This document shows positions 27,076-50,975 of a stretch of DNA of 64,000 nucleotides, piece after piece. The DNA lies in the NCBI RefSeq assembly GCF_009914755.1, contig NC_060933.1. One strand, written 5' to 3'. Under the pieces are notes generated by a model. The model did not search any database. It was not told the origin of the DNA and saw nothing but the letters and a program-made list of their open reading frames with translations. The number at the start of each line of letters is the position of its first letter. Position 1 is the stretch's first letter. This stretch comes from the human T2T-CHM13v2.0 reference genome, Homo sapiens. A program made the translations under genes and the position numbers.

Positions 27076-28880
27076 CCTTCTATCTGTGACATTGTGAAGA
27101 AGGAAAAAGAAATTTATGCTAGTTTTGCTGTTGCACGTCAAACTGCAAAAGTTATGGCCACAGTACATGATAAGTATTTAGTGAACATGAAAAAGGCATT
27201 AAATTTGTGAGTGGAAGACATGAAAAGAAAACATGTTCCAATTGATGACAAAATGTTGCAACAGAAAGCATTGAGACTACATGAAGACTTCAGCAAGGGA
27301 TCCCCTGAAACAAGTGACACCAAGTCATTTACTGCAAGTAAGGGATGGTTACATAGATTCAAAAATAGGTTTGGACTGACAAACATAAAAAATACTGAAG
27401 AGGTTGCATCTGCTAATGAAGAAGGTTCTGCTACCTTTCCAGCAGAGTTGAAGAAATAATTAGAAAGGATGCCATCTAAAGCAAATCTTCAAGTCTTCTG
27501 GAAGAAGATAAAACCTGCATTCATAAAAGTGCAAAGAAGGCACCAAGGCATAAAACATGGAACGACAGATGAACTCTGGTACCATGTGGCAATGCTTCAG
27601 GGCATATGATAAAGCCAGGATAGTGTACAAAGCAAAGAACCCAGTACTCTTAAAAACAAAAATTAACTGCCCATGTTCTGGCAACATAATCAGAAAGCAT
27701 GGGTGACAGTCATCTTGATTATGAAATGGTTCCACCAATGTATTATCCCAGAAATAAAAAAAAATTACTTGGAAGACAAATAGTTGGAATTTAAAGTCCT
27801 GTTAATAAGAGACAATGCTCCTAGCCATTCTAAATCTGTCTGCTATAAAAAATGAAATGAAAATGTTCAGGTTGTGTTATTGCCTCTGAATACAACCTCA
27901 CTGCTTCAGCCTTTTACCATCACTGAATTTGTCACTGCCTTGTATTTGATCACATTTGATCAGCAATTGATGTAGACCCTAATCTGGATGTAATCTGTTC
28001 TGGAAATCATTCACTATTACAGATGCAATAACATTCATCAAAGCTGCAATGGACAAATTAAAACCAGAAACTGCAAATGTCTGCTGGAAGAACTTATGGA
28101 GTAAAGTTGTGAATGATTTTAAAGGCTTTCTGGGGATTGATGAAGAAGTTAGGAAAATCATTCACACGGCAAGATAAGTTGGTGGAGGATTTGCCAACAT
28201 ACTTGATGAAATGGAAGAACATATTGAAGGTTTTCAAGTATTACCAAATGAGGAATTGGAAGAACATGTTATCTACAAAGGAAGAGAAAGATGAAGAAAC
28301 TGAAGCAAAACCAGCTGTGTGGGTATTACTGAAATTTGCCAAAGTGTTTCACATTGCACAGACATCAAAGGACAAAATTATGGAATATGATCCTAGGAAG
28401 GAACGCAGCATTAAAGTCACCGGTATGATCAAAGGATTACAACATCTGTGGCAACACTTTAATGAGTTAAAAAGAAAGAGACAATAACATTCTATTACAA
28501 TGCTCTTCCAAAAGTTTTTGGCAAAAACAAAACAAAACAAAACAAAAACCTTCAACGATTGAGGATCCCCAAACACTGACATCATCTTCTCCTGACATCC
28601 AGCCATCCACATCGTCATAGCTCATTCATCCAGGATCACCCAAATCAGATGCTGCTCCTTCTGATGTATCCTTAGAAAGTCAATAGTAGCCTAACGCTAC
28701 TTTACAATGCCTGGGTCATTCGTCCCACTTTATCTCATCACGAATGCATTTTATTATCTCACGTCAGCACAAGAATAGTGAGTACAGTACAGTAAGATAT
28801 TTGGAGAGAGAGAAAAGACCACATGTACATAACTCTTATTACAATATATTTTTATAATTGTTCTATTTTTTTATTATTGT

Positions 28881-29048
28881 TATCTCTTACTGTTCCTAAC
28901 TTGTAAATTAAACTTTATTATAAGTACATAGTATAGAAAAAAGCATAGTGTGTATGTGTGTATACATATATATATATATATATACACACACACATAATAT
29001 ATAATATATAATAAAGTTTAATTTACAAGTTAGGAACAGTAAGAGATA
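28881..29048. repeat. Perfect 42-bp inverted repeat with 84-nt spacer
   Basis: 28881-28922 is the exact reverse complement of 29007-29048. Confidence 0.95.
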
Positions 29049-30074
29049 TATACAAACTACATATATACAGTTTGGTACTATCCACAATTTCAGGCATCCA
29101 GTGGGGGTTGTGGAACTTGAGACTACAGTATTATGAGACAATAATACAAGTCTTAACAAAGTTCCCAAGGTGGTACTGGCCATTATAATTTTATTAACAT
29201 TTATATGATACTATGCTGTCAGAATTCCTTGTAAACATTAGTTTTAGTTGACCTGGAGTTTACAGGGATTTTGTAGCCAAATGATACTAGAATATATAAG
29301 CCAAGAGTAACTATCCAGGTTAGTGAGAAAATGTCTTCAACTATTTTCTCCCACTGACTCCCCCAGTGAATAGATTAAAAGTCATTCAGTTCTCTCTCCC
29401 TGATCCTACTATTCCAGAAAAGCAACCCTGCAACATTTAACAATTTCCAGAGAAAGAAACACCAGCACTTTCTTTTGTAGTACAGTTAAATATTCCAATA
29501 AATCTTCCATATTTTGGGCAAATAAATTCTCTTCCAATATGCTAATAAGTAAAGGTAGAAGTCTTCTTCATTTCCAAGAACACAAGAACTTCTTGTGTGA
29601 TTGAAATATTAATAACACAATAAAATATTAAATAATGAAGTTTATCTATAAAAGTTTGCTATGAGACAAAAGAATATCACAACTCTGTTAGTTCCAGTTT
29701 ATTTCAAGTCCCTGTCTTTTAAGAATTTTCATAGTTGATATTCAGACATGTAGGAATGCTATCCAGTGAGTCTGTAACTATCTGAGGAATTAGCTCCAGA
29801 TTATTAAAGTCTCCTATATCCTTCAATCTTTCCATAGCTTATTTTTTTTTTCGTTTGTTTGTTTTTTTTATTATACTTTAAGTTTTAGGGTACATGTGCA
29901 CATTGTACAGGTTAGTTACATATGTATACATGTGCTGTGCTGGTGCGCTGCACCCACTAACTCGTCATCTAGCATTAGGTATATCTCCCAATGCTATCCC
30001 TCCCCCCTCCCCCCACCCCACCACAGTCCCCAGAGTGTGATATTCCCCTTCCTGTGTCCATGTGATCTCATTGT

Positions 30075-33903
<3,829 letters not shown>

Positions 33904-33966
33904 TATGATGTTAGCTGGTGATTTTGCTCGTTAGTTGATGCAGTTTCTTCCTAGTCTTGATGGTCT

Positions 33967-34983
33967 TTACATTTTGGCATGATTTTGCAGCGGCTGGTAC
34001 CGGTTGTTCCTTTCCATGTTTAGCGCTTCCTTAAGGAGCTCTTTTAGGGCAGGCCTGATGGTGACAAAATCGGTCAGCATTTGCTTGTCTGTAAAGTATT
34101 TTATTTCTCCTTCACTTATGAAGCTTAGTTTGGCTGGATATGAAATTCTGGGTTGAAAATTCTTTTCTTTAAGAATGTTGAATATTGGCCCCCACTCTCT
34201 TCTGGCTTGTAGAGTTTCTGCCAAGAGATCCGCTGTTAGTCTGATGGGCTTCCCTTTGAGGGTAACCCGACCTTTCTCTCTGGCTGCCCTTAACATTTTT
34301 TCCTCCATTTCAACTTTGGTGAATCTGACATTTATGTGTCTTGGAGTTGCTCTTCTCGAGGAGTATCTTTGTGGCATTCTCTGTATTTCCTGAATCTGAA
34401 CGTTGGCCTGCCTTGCTAGATTGGGGAAGTTCTCCTGGATAATATCCTGCAGAGTGTTTTCCAACTTGGTTCCATTCTCCCCATCACTTTCAGGTACACC
34501 AATCAGACGTAGATTTGGTCTTTTCACATAGTCCCATATTTCTTGGAGGCTTTGCTCATTTCTTTTTATTCTTTTTTCTCTAAACTTCCCTTCTCGCTTC
34601 ATTTCATTCATTTCATCTTCCATTGCTGATACCCTTTCTTCCAGTTGATCGCATCGGCTCCTGAGGCTTCTGCATTCTTCACGTAGTTCTCGAGCCTTGG
34701 TTTTCAGCTCCATCAGCTCCTTTAAGCACTTCTCTGTATTGGTTATTCTAGTTATACATTCTTCTAAATTTTTTTCAAAGTTTCCAACTTCTTTGCCTTT
34801 GGTTTGAATGTCCTCCCGTAGCTCAGAGTAATTTGATCGTCTGAAGCCTTCTTCTCTCAGCTCGTCAAAGTCATTCTCCATCCAGCTTTGTTCTGTTGCT
34901 GGTGAGGAACTGCGTTCCTCTGGAGGAGGAGAGACGCTCTGCGTTTTAGAGTTTCCAGTTTTTCTGTTCTGTTTTTTCCCCAT
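33967..34983 (-). CDS. Intact L1 ORF1p (338 aa)
   Basis: MGKKQNRK...NHAKM; REKG, ARR and YPAKLS motifs present. Confidence 0.95.
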   Translation of the reverse strand: MGKKQNRKTGNSKTQSVSPPPEERSSSPATEQSWMENDFDELREEGFRRSNYSELREDIQTKGKEVGNFEKNLEECITRITNTEKCLKELMELKTKARELREECRSLRSRCDQLEERVSAMEDEMNEMKREGKFREKRIKRNEQSLQEIWDYVKRPNLRLIGVPESDGENGTKLENTLQDIIQENFPNLARQANVQIQEIQRMPQRYSSRRATPRHINVRFTKVEMEEKMLRAAREKGRVTLKGKPIRLTADLLAETLQARREWGPIFNILKEKNFQPRISYPAKLSFISEGEIKYFTDKQMLTDFVTIRPALKELLKEALNMERNNRYQPLQNHAKM

Positions 34984-35438
34984 CTTTGTGGTTTTATCTA
35001 CTTTTGGTCTTTGATGATGGTGATGTACAGATGGGTTTTCGGTGTGGATGTCCTTTCTGTTTGTTAGTTTTCCTTCTAACAGACAGGACCCTCAGCTGCA
35101 GGTCTGTTGGAATACCCTACTGTGTGAGGTGTCAGTGTGCCCCTGCTGGGGGGTGCCTCCCAGTTAGGCTGCTCGGGTGTCAGGGGTCAGGGACCCACTT
35201 GAGGAGGCAGTCTGCCAGTTCTCAGATCTCCAGCTGCGTGCTGGGAGAACCACTGCTCTCTTCAAAGCTGTCAGACAGGGACATTTAAGTCTGCAGAGGT
35301 TACTGCTGTCTTTTTGTTTGTCTGTGCCCTGCCCCCAGAGGTGGAGCCTACAGAGGCAGGCAGGCCTCCTTGAGCTGTGGTGGGCTCCACCCAGTTCGAG
35401 CTTCCCGGCTGCTTTGTTTACCTAAGCAAGCCTGGGCA

Positions 35439-35654
35439 ATGGCGGGCGCCCCTCCCCCAGCCTCGCTGGCGCCTTGCCGTTTGATCTCAGACTGCTGTGC
35501 TAGCAATCAGCGAGACTCCGTGGGCGTAGGACCCTCCGAGCCAGGTGTGGGATATAGTCTCGTGGTGCGCCGTTTTTTAAGCCGGTCTGAAAAGAGCAAT
35601 ATTCGGGTGGGAGTGACCCGATTTTCCAGGTGTGTCCTTCACCCCTTTCTTTGA
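35439..35654 (+). CDS. L1 ORF0 (71 aa, antisense to L1, sense to MAMDC2)
   Basis: MAGAPPPASLAPCRLISDCCASNQRDSVGVGPSEPGVGYSLVVRRFLSRSEKSNIRVGVTRFSRCVLHPFL*, context gcaATGg; both internal GT donors present. Confidence 0.85.
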   Translation: MAGAPPPASLAPCRLISDCCASNQRDSVGVGPSEPGVGYSLVVRRFLSRSEKSNIRVGVTRFSRCVLHPFL

Positions 35655-35959
35655 CTTGGAAAGGGAACTCCCTGACCCCTTGTGCTTCCCAGGTGAGGCA
35701 ATGCCCCGCCCTGCTTCGGCTCGCGCATGGTGCGCACACCCACTGGCCTGCCCCCACTGTCTGGCACTCCCTAGTGAGATGCACCCGGTACCTCAGATGG
35801 AAATGCAGAAATCACCCGTCTTCTGCCTCGCTCACGCTGGGAGCTGTAGACCAGAGCTGTTCCTATTCGGCCATCTTGGCTCCTCCCCGCTTATTTTTTA
35901 ATTATGTTAGTTTCTGACATTGCCAGATTCTACTTACACAGAGAAGGCTTCTGTGACAA

Positions 35960-36140
35960 GCTTTTTAAAAAATTGGTGGTAAAATGCACATAACATACTT
36001 TAACCATTTTAAGTGTCTAATTCAGTGGCACTGAGTCTATTCACATCATTGTGTAACCATCACCACCATCCATCTCCAGAGCTTTTTTTTCATTTCCCAA
36101 AACTGAAACTCCGTACCCATTAAACAATAACTCCTCATTT
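35960..36140 (-). mobile_element. L1M 3'-end fragment
   Basis: ttcacatcattgtgtaaccatcaccaccatccatctccaga...ctgaaactccgtacccattaaacaataactcc. Confidence 0.7.
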
Positions 36141-36937
36141 ATGACAGCCTTTTAAAATCACTTAAAAGTATAGTAAAGAGAAATTTTAGAGCGACACCTT
36201 CTACAATTGTTCTTCACAAAATATTGGTATCTTTTTCCCCTGATTTTTAAGAATTCTTTTCCAGCTAAGGAATGCAGCTAGCTGTCCATTCCACACAGCC
36301 TCTCCATGCAGGCCACTCAGGCTCCTTCCCTACCCTGAAAAAGAGCCCTGAGACTGGAGGAACAGCTGCTTCACAGTCCAGAATTATGGATGTGGAATGT
36401 GTCTGTGTGTCTCAACACATCACAGTTGCTGTGCAAAGAACAGAGGGGACCCTGATCTCCCAATAGATCCATTGGAACCCCCATCTTGAATGTTAAACAG
36501 TGACCCACAGAGAGAATGTAATTCATTTTCTCCAGTTAATAATCCCTTCCACAGACTGGAATCCTTCATGTGCAACAACATGTGAGCTGGTCTGAAGCTT
36601 CAATACTGGGGCTTTCTGGCTCCCATCCAGAGCTTTTCTTTGCTGAGACAGACAGTGCTTGAAGCTGTAATGTGGTAAAACTTGTCAAACAGGGCTTTTC
36701 TCTGCTTTCCAAACACATGTGAGGCAGAGTGGCTCTGCGTGAAGTTCTGATCTTTTCTGGGGAAACCAAGTGTCATTTGCAAGTCAAGAAGAAAAAATAC
36801 TTGTCATCAAAACAAATGACTGGTTTGTGCATCAAAGGGGCATACTCTGATTCATTGGTAAGTTTGTTAAAATTATGTTTAGGTAAGATGTTTGTCTACA
36901 TTACTCTACATAGGTACTGCTTTATGGAATAGACATA

Positions 36938-37261
36938 AAGTAGTCCTCCCTTATCCACAGGTTCACTTTCCAACTGAGAGTTTCAGTTACTCTCAGTCAA
37001 TGGCAGTCTGAAAATATTAAATGGGAAATTCCAGAACTGGCCAATTTATAAGTTTTAAATTGTGCACCAGAGTATTGTTATAATTGTTCTATTTTATTGT
37101 GAGTTATTGTTGTTAATCTCTTACAGCATCTAATTTATAACAAAATTTATCACAGGTATATGTGTACAGGAACAGTCTATACACGGCTTGGTATTATCTG
37201 TGGTTTCAGGCTCCACTAGGGGTCCTGGAACACATACACTAAGGATCAGGAAGACTACTGT
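36938..37261 (+). mobile_element. MER44A-like MITE
   Basis: agtagtcctcccttatcc...gactactg termini, ~325 bp. Confidence 0.8.
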
Positions 37262-37429
37262 GTGTGCTTAGAATATAAACTATATCCTGAAGGATATTTA
37301 CAAAGACCAAAATTATTCAAGAAAAGTAGTGGGCATTTATAGTCCCCTCGATGTTACTCCTCTCTTCCAAAAGCAGCACAATTATACAACAAGCAACATA
37401 GGAGACTTTGTTTCATATTTTTTTTGGTA

Positions 37430-43564
<6,135 letters not shown>

Positions 43565-44789
43565 TATTTTATGGTACTAAATACAAAGGTTCCTGGAACT
43601 GGAAACCTTAGTGAATAGTTTCAGCCTGATACCTGTGGCCCAGGGGCACATGAACTGAAAGCATAGTAGACTTCAGGAGTCACATCTGTAGAGATGTGTG
43701 TGGTCCAAAGAACAGATGGTTAGAGGAGGCTGTGCAGGCTATCCCTGATTTAGTTAGAGTCCAAACCTGTTGGGAAGAACTGGTCAACCAGACTAGTGCT
43801 TCACCCTCACAAACTAAATGAATTAGTCCATTGTGCCCATGAAAGAAAGAAGTCAATCGAATGATCCTGGGGATAATTAAGAGGTTTCCTCTCTTCCAGG
43901 ACCTCAGAATAATCCTGGTCAAGACTTGTACTGTTACCAGTAGGAATGCACAGCCATGATCACTAAACAAAAGACAATTCTTAGGTCATCTCTCTCATGA
44001 TGAATTCATTACTTCCCCTCCATTTTGAAAATACTTCATGTTTCAGGGCCCTTAGTCTCTACTTTCCACTTTCCCAGTGACAGCATCTTTCAGTGGAGCT
44101 TTTTCCCCTCATTGAGAATTTCATCTATAGCTAAGGTCCTTTACTTTGGATTCAGGTGGGCCTTTTCAGAGCTCCATAGCCAGGTGTGAACATTTTTTTC
44201 TTGTCTTAAAAATTACTTTTGGGATGAATTTTTTTTAAGCTAAATGTATTAGGGTATTGTTTCCATCTACCATGTTACTAACTTATGTGTAGGATAGCAT
44301 TGGATTCCTTTGTACATAGTTAGGTGACATACTATGGTCATTTTCATGCCTTGATCTCTCTTTCCATGGAATTAAACACACCCTTCTGTTAGGATTATGT
44401 ATATCTGTATTGTTTACATTGACCTAAGTTAGAAAATGTTAAAGAAAATATGTACAAAAGAAAAAGGTTCCTTTCATCATTGAATGTGCAAAACCCCCTG
44501 TGCTTCTTGTGGACCAATTTGCTTGCCAGTGAAAGAATGAAGGTAATGAACTCAAAGAATTATGTGTTCATCTAAAAAATACTTCAGATAGTGTAGAACT
44601 TGTCTGAGATGATTTGCTTTGATAAGACTTTAATTTTACCAAAACTGGGATTTGCTCTAGTTTGCCTTGGATCATCATAGTCAAGTGCATATCTCACCGC
44701 CAAGAACTTCACACATTTGGAGTGACTACGGTGGAGCCATGTGCCCTAGAAATGGTCAAACTGGTTTGTGCTTAGAGCTGTGGGAAAAA

Positions 44790-46150
44790 ATGCATTCATT
44801 CATCCATTCAACAGATATTAATGAGCATTTACTATGTTCCAAGCACTGTTCTAGGACCTGGGAATGTGGCAGTGAACTAAACAAGAAAAAAAATCTCTGT
44901 CCTTGTGAATTCTAAAGGAAAGAGACAGGCAAACATAAAAATAAGAAAATTATACAGTATGTTAAGAGGCAATTAACTATGGAAAACATAAATTAGGGTA
45001 TAAGGAATGAGGAGTGCCAGGGAAGAGGGACTGCAATTTGGAATAGTATAGTCAGAACAGGTCTAATAGAAAAGGTGACATCTGAGCAAAGACTTAAAGG
45101 AGGTAAGAGAGTGAGACCTGAGAATATCTAGAGGAAGAGCCAGACTTAGCACATGCAAAGGCCTTCAGGCAGCAGCATACCTGCCATATTCCAGGAATAA
45201 TACAAAGGCCAGTGTGGCCAAGCAACACAGTAAGTGAGGAGAAAGCCAGTAGGAATGAGACAGGTAAGAGAATAGGTGGGAGACTGTATGGGGTTCTAAA
45301 GCCAATTGTAAGGACTTTAGCTTTCACTCTGAAATGCTAACCCAGTGGAAGGTTTTAAATGAGTGGTATGATTTTGCTTTTGCTTTAGAAGGAGCACTAT
45401 GAATACAATTTTGAGATGAGATTGCAGGGGACCAGAGTAGAAGCAGACAGAGTAGTTGGGAAGCTGTTGCATTAATCCAAGCGAGAAATGATAGCAGCTT
45501 GGACCAGGGTGATAGCAGTGGAGGCGGTAAGAAGAGAAGTGACTGGATTCTGGATATATTTTAAAGGTAGAGCCAGTGGGAATTCCTGATAGCCTTGATG
45601 TGGAGAATCAGAAAAAGAGAGTAGTGGTGTGCGACTCACAGGTTTTGGGTGTCAACGACTGGATATTTAGTCTACTTCAGGCTGTCAGGAAGTTGAGTTT
45701 TGAATATGTTCAGTGTGAGATGTCTACCTGACAGTAAGTGGAGATGTCCATTAGACAGTTTGAACAAGTCTAGATTTCAGCAAAAAGGTTGAAAATTTGA
45801 GTTTGAGATATAACATATTTGGTATTTAAAGCCCTGAAACAAGATGAGATCATCAAGGAAGTAAGAATAGCGAAGTAAAAACTGGACCTTGGGGCACTCC
45901 AGGGTCAAAAGGTCAGGAAAGAGAGAGTGGAATTGTGAAAAAAGTGACCAGCAAAGGAGTCACCAGTGAGGAAGGAGAAAAAGCAGGAGAATACAGTGTC
46001 TTGCAAGCCAACGTAAGAATGTAATTCTACTTTCTGAAGTGGTAAACCACTATGTCCAATGTTACTGATGGTACAAAAATGACAAAGACTGAAAACTGAC
46101 CACTCGAGTTCGTAATGAGGATGTCACTGGTGAGCACTGCAGAACACTGA
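44790..46150 (-). mobile_element. L2 LINE fragment
   Basis: cattcattcatccattcaaca end; ggattctggatatattttaaagg motif. Confidence 0.75.
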
Positions 46151-47024
46151 CAGGTTTTTTTGCTATTATTTTTGAGCAGATCATGGGAAAGTTGGCAGCT
46201 ATGCCATTTCCCTTAAGCATGCATCTGGATGAAACTACTGCCAATGAGATGAAAAGTTGAAGTTGACTGGATGTCAAATGTAACATACCAGATCAAAGAT
46301 ACTCCCACAATTTCAATTTCTTATTTAAACCAATTAGCTTTCTAATTAAAATTTACTTTTGAACTGCACTGAAATATATGTAGTCTTTAGAGTATCCTAA
46401 AGGAGGTTTTGATTTCTACTTGCTCACTGCATTCAGGAATCCCCAGCTAGTGGAGCCTATGGTGGCACCATGCCTTGTTAACAGGCAACCTGAAGTGACA
46501 GACACAGAACTCTGCTCTGATTTTGCTTCTTTGGGGCAGCATCATTCCTTATATGTGACTGGTTGATGCAGGCCATATCCTGAGTCAGCCCAGTTTTGCA
46601 GGGTGAGAACTTTATAGAGTAAAACAAACACTGGGGGAAGAGGTTGCACAGTGCACACAATTTATTAAGACCAACGATGCTTTCTCCCACTGTTTTAATA
46701 AACTTATAGAACTTCTCAGATTTGTGTTTGTAGAAATAAGAAAAAGAGAATGGAGAAAGGCCTCCCAGGCACATAGAGGGGACTTCTAACCAATTCTTGT
46801 TTGGATGTCTCGATTGCCATATTTTTGGAAATGATTAATTAGAGTTCATTGATTAAACTTCAAACTATAAAGAAACCATTTAATTTGCATGTATTATTTG
46901 GGATCTCTTTATTTTTCCCCTTGATTTGGTCACCAATTTCTGCATGAAATAATGAGACATATGATACTTTGTAAAGATTACTTTTTACATCATATATGTA
47001 AAAAATAAATCAAAATTGGCAAAT

Positions 47025-47420
47025 GTTGGTGTTTGCTTGGGCTGCCATAACAAAATATCATAGACTAGGTGGTTTAAACAACAGAAACTTACCTCTCACA
47101 GTTGTGGAGGCTGGAAAGTCCAACATCAAGGTGCCAGCTGTTTCAGTTCCTGGTGAGGGCTCTTTTCCTAGTTTGCAGACAGGCACCATCTTGCTGTGTG
47201 CCCACATGGCCTTTCTTGGTGTGTGCGCCTGAAGAGAGAGAGAGAACAAGCTCCCTGCTGTCTCTTCTTATAAGGGCACTATTGTCATCAGGAGGGCTTC
47301 AGCCTCATGACCTCATCTAGCCCTAATTAGCTCCCCAGTGCCCCATCTCCAATTACTATCACACAAGGGGTAGGGCTTCAACATATGAATTTGGGGAGAC
47401 ACATACATCCATTCCAAACA
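47025..47420 (-). mobile_element. MLT1-type MaLR LTR
   Basis: gggctgccataacaaaata.catagact.ggtggtttaaacaacagaaa...agggcttcaacatatgaattt. Confidence 0.8.
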
Positions 47421-47908
47421 CAAATGTAACACCAAACAAGGCAACAAAGTTGCATGCAAACTTTCTTTGTGTACTTTTCAAATAGAGGCAGTCTAAACTT
47501 TTCATCAAGTGATCAAAGGTTAATACCTACTAGTGAAGAGTTTAGGGCCTTTTTTAAAATGGGCCTCAGATGCACAGAATTATATTACCAGTGAATTACT
47601 CTAGAAAAGATCTCTTGCATTACTATTCATATATAGTTTTACTTCAGTGACATGATAGTGATTGTTTAACACCAACTGGCTTTGAGAAGGATGTACTGAC
47701 TTGTATACATGTCCAATTTCTGTAGTTTAAATAGTCCCATCATGGCCCAGTTCCAGCTACCAATGTGAAATCACCTGGAGCTCGGACAGAATGCATACAA
47801 TGGACTATTGGAAGCCCGTACAAGTTGGCTGCAGCACACCACTGCCTTATCTACATGCCGATTAATCCTGTTTCTGCCTGAAGCCAATAAATTTAAAAAT
47901 AGCAATAA

Positions 47909-48522
<614 letters not shown>

Positions 48523-49143
48523 ATTACAGAATATGTTTTCAAAACTAAAAAAAAGTGTCACAAAAAGTTTTAGGAATTAAGTAGGACAGGAAACAAATAA
48601 TGGAATATGCATAACATGTGAGCATATGTCATTATGTTATTTAATTCTCACAATTCTGTAGCATAGGTATTAACCCTTATCTTAAAATGATGAATGTAAG
48701 TTTAGAGATTATTCATTAGACCAGAATCACATAAACAACAAATATTATAGTCAAGACTTGAACCCAGATCTACCTGACTACAAAACCCACCCTCTCTTTC
48801 TCTCCAAACCAACGTCTGGAAGCTTTAGGATATTGTCCATGAATAAGTAATATAAATTCTGATGTGTTAATCACTGTATCAGTGGCATAATACTGGTATA
48901 TTAATTACCTCTTGTATATTAAACTGAATTATAAATCATTAAATTTAAGAAATCATTTTGTTGGTCTCATTTTTGGAAGTTATTCATTCTCCTTAGATAA
49001 TATGCATTCTTCAAAATTATAAAACCCTTTATCAGTACTTTTAGTCAGATCATCTTGACTTGACACTCTGAAAGAACATTATGAAAGGAGAAAATGTAAT
49101 TTGTGTCCTTTTTAACAATACCTGCTTTTGCATTCACCTCAAG

Positions 49144-49403
49144 GCTACTACATGTACATTGAGGCCTCCCATATGGTGTATGGACAAAAAGCACGCCTCT
49201 TGTCCAGGCCTCTGCGAGGAGTCTCTGGAAAACACTGCTTGACCTTTTTCTACCACATGTATGGAGGGGGCACTGGCCTGCTGAGTGTTTATCTGAAAAA
49301 GGAAGAAGACAGTGAAGAGTCCCTCTTATGGAGGAGAAGAGGTGAACAGAGCATTTCCTGGCTACGAGCACTGATTGAATACAGCTGTGAGAGGCAACAC
49401 CAG
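49144..49403 (+). CDS. MAMDC2: MAMDC2 coding exon (GYYMYIEAS...CLTFFYHMYG...ERQHQ)
   Basis: cattcacctcaag acceptor, CAG|gtaagc donor; 260 nt, phase 1/0; MAM core motifs GxYMYIEAS, ARLLS, CLxFxYHMYG. Confidence 0.97.
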
Positions 49404-50679
49404 GTAAGCCAACAGAGATAAGAACTAAGCAATGGAAAACGTGTAGGAGCTTCTGATGTTCTTTCTTATTCTTGCTACCAAAGAGAATATTTTGTTCTTT
49501 TTCAGGGTCATAGATAAAGGCAGGATTAAGAGGGAGTAAACATAATTAGTCTATACATTGATTAAATCTAAGCAGTGACAGGGAGAGAAAGCTTTGAGAA
49601 TTTATGCATAAAGTGATTTTCTTGCAGTTCTATGATAAAAGTATATCTATTTTTGTCTTGATACATTATGGGTGTCAAGTATATTTCTATGTATCATGCA
49701 TATCTCCAAAACGAAGTCTTTTCTTCTAAATATGGTATTACCTAATTAGTTGCAGCTGCATCTTTTACTCATCATTACTCACATACATCTAAGAGCTTTT
49801 GCCTTAAGCCTCTATTTAACAGTGAGCATGGTCCAGAGTAAGTTTTGTTTTTTTAATGCCTCTGCCTCCATCACTGCATTGATGCAAAAGAAACTGAGAG
49901 ACTTGATCCTCAGTCCTGGGTCTCCCCCAGGTCCTCTCATGTGCTATAGAAGATGTCCATCCTAGATGTTCTCTATCATAAAGGAATCTGGGCAGCAATA
50001 GGAAACACCCTTTTAAATTCTAGTAGGTAGGGGCTGAACAGCCAGTCTAGCCTGGAGAACCACACCTGCCTTCTGATAGCCACAGATTTTACCTGCCTAC
50101 CATGAGCCAAAGCTCCAGAAAGCTGTGGGAGATGATAACGTTCAGATTTCTGACTGTTCTTAAAATTGCTCTGTAGAATTCTCAAGTGTGACCTCCAACT
50201 AAAGGCACACCTTCCTACTCATTCTTACTTCTGGCTGATAAACCTCCTGGACCAGCACTCTGCGTCTTTAACCACTGGCTGCCTTGTCTAAACCCAGATC
50301 TTCCTGGGAAGAGATATCCAAATTAAGGGTTTTATTTTGCACCAACCTATGACCAAAAATAATTTTCTACAGATATAAATGGGAAGGAATTGCAGAAGCT
50401 CAGATGGCCAAGTTGCAGTGCAGTCAAAGGTGCTACATTGTTAAAGAGCAAATGACAGGGAAGATGAGCCATTATCTGGGAAAGGCCCATTATCCCAACA
50501 TGGATAAACACCTAGACATTTGGCAAAGAATAACAGGTAGCTTCAGGAATAATTTTATAGTGATTTAATGTCTGTTCGAAAGAAGAAAGTGGATGGCTCA
50601 GGAACTTACTAATATAATTGATCATTATTCAGAGATGATGGATTAATTTTGTTAGGCTATTAGGGTACTCCTTCTGTAT

Positions 50680-50975
50680 TCAAATGGTTCTCAAAGTTTG
50701 GTCCAGGTACCAGCAGCATCAGCAATACCTGAAATGCAAATTCACTTGAAACACAAATTCACTTACAATGCAAATTCTCAGGTCCCACTTTAAAACAAAT
50801 GAATCAGAAACAGGATTTGGGGGCCCCAGAAATCTGTTTTAATAAGCCCTCCAGGTGAATCTGATGCATGCTAAAGGCAAAGAATCTCTATGCTAGACTA
50901 AATGAATCTAAATCTTTGGGGGTGACACCTGAGCACTGATTTTTTGTTCAACTCTCAAGCGATACTGATGCACAA
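50680..50975. mobile_element. MER5A-like hAT fragments
   Basis: ggttctcaaagt.tggtcc..accagcagcatcagca...aatgcaaattctcagg...aagccctccaggtga.tctgatgca. Confidence 0.7.

Larger units (their letters stand above)
26245..29115 (+). mobile_element. Near full-length Tigger7 with decayed transposase
   Basis: TA+cagtagtcccctcttatc TIR; pogo/CENP-B-like remnants MPKRNHKVLPLSEKVKVLDLI and FTASKGWLHRFKNRFGL; many stops; right TIR lost. Confidence 0.85.

Noticed and set aside
26470-28487. Domesticated TIGD/CENP-B-like gene
   Set aside because: Transposase is split by stops, frameshifts and a THE1 LTR
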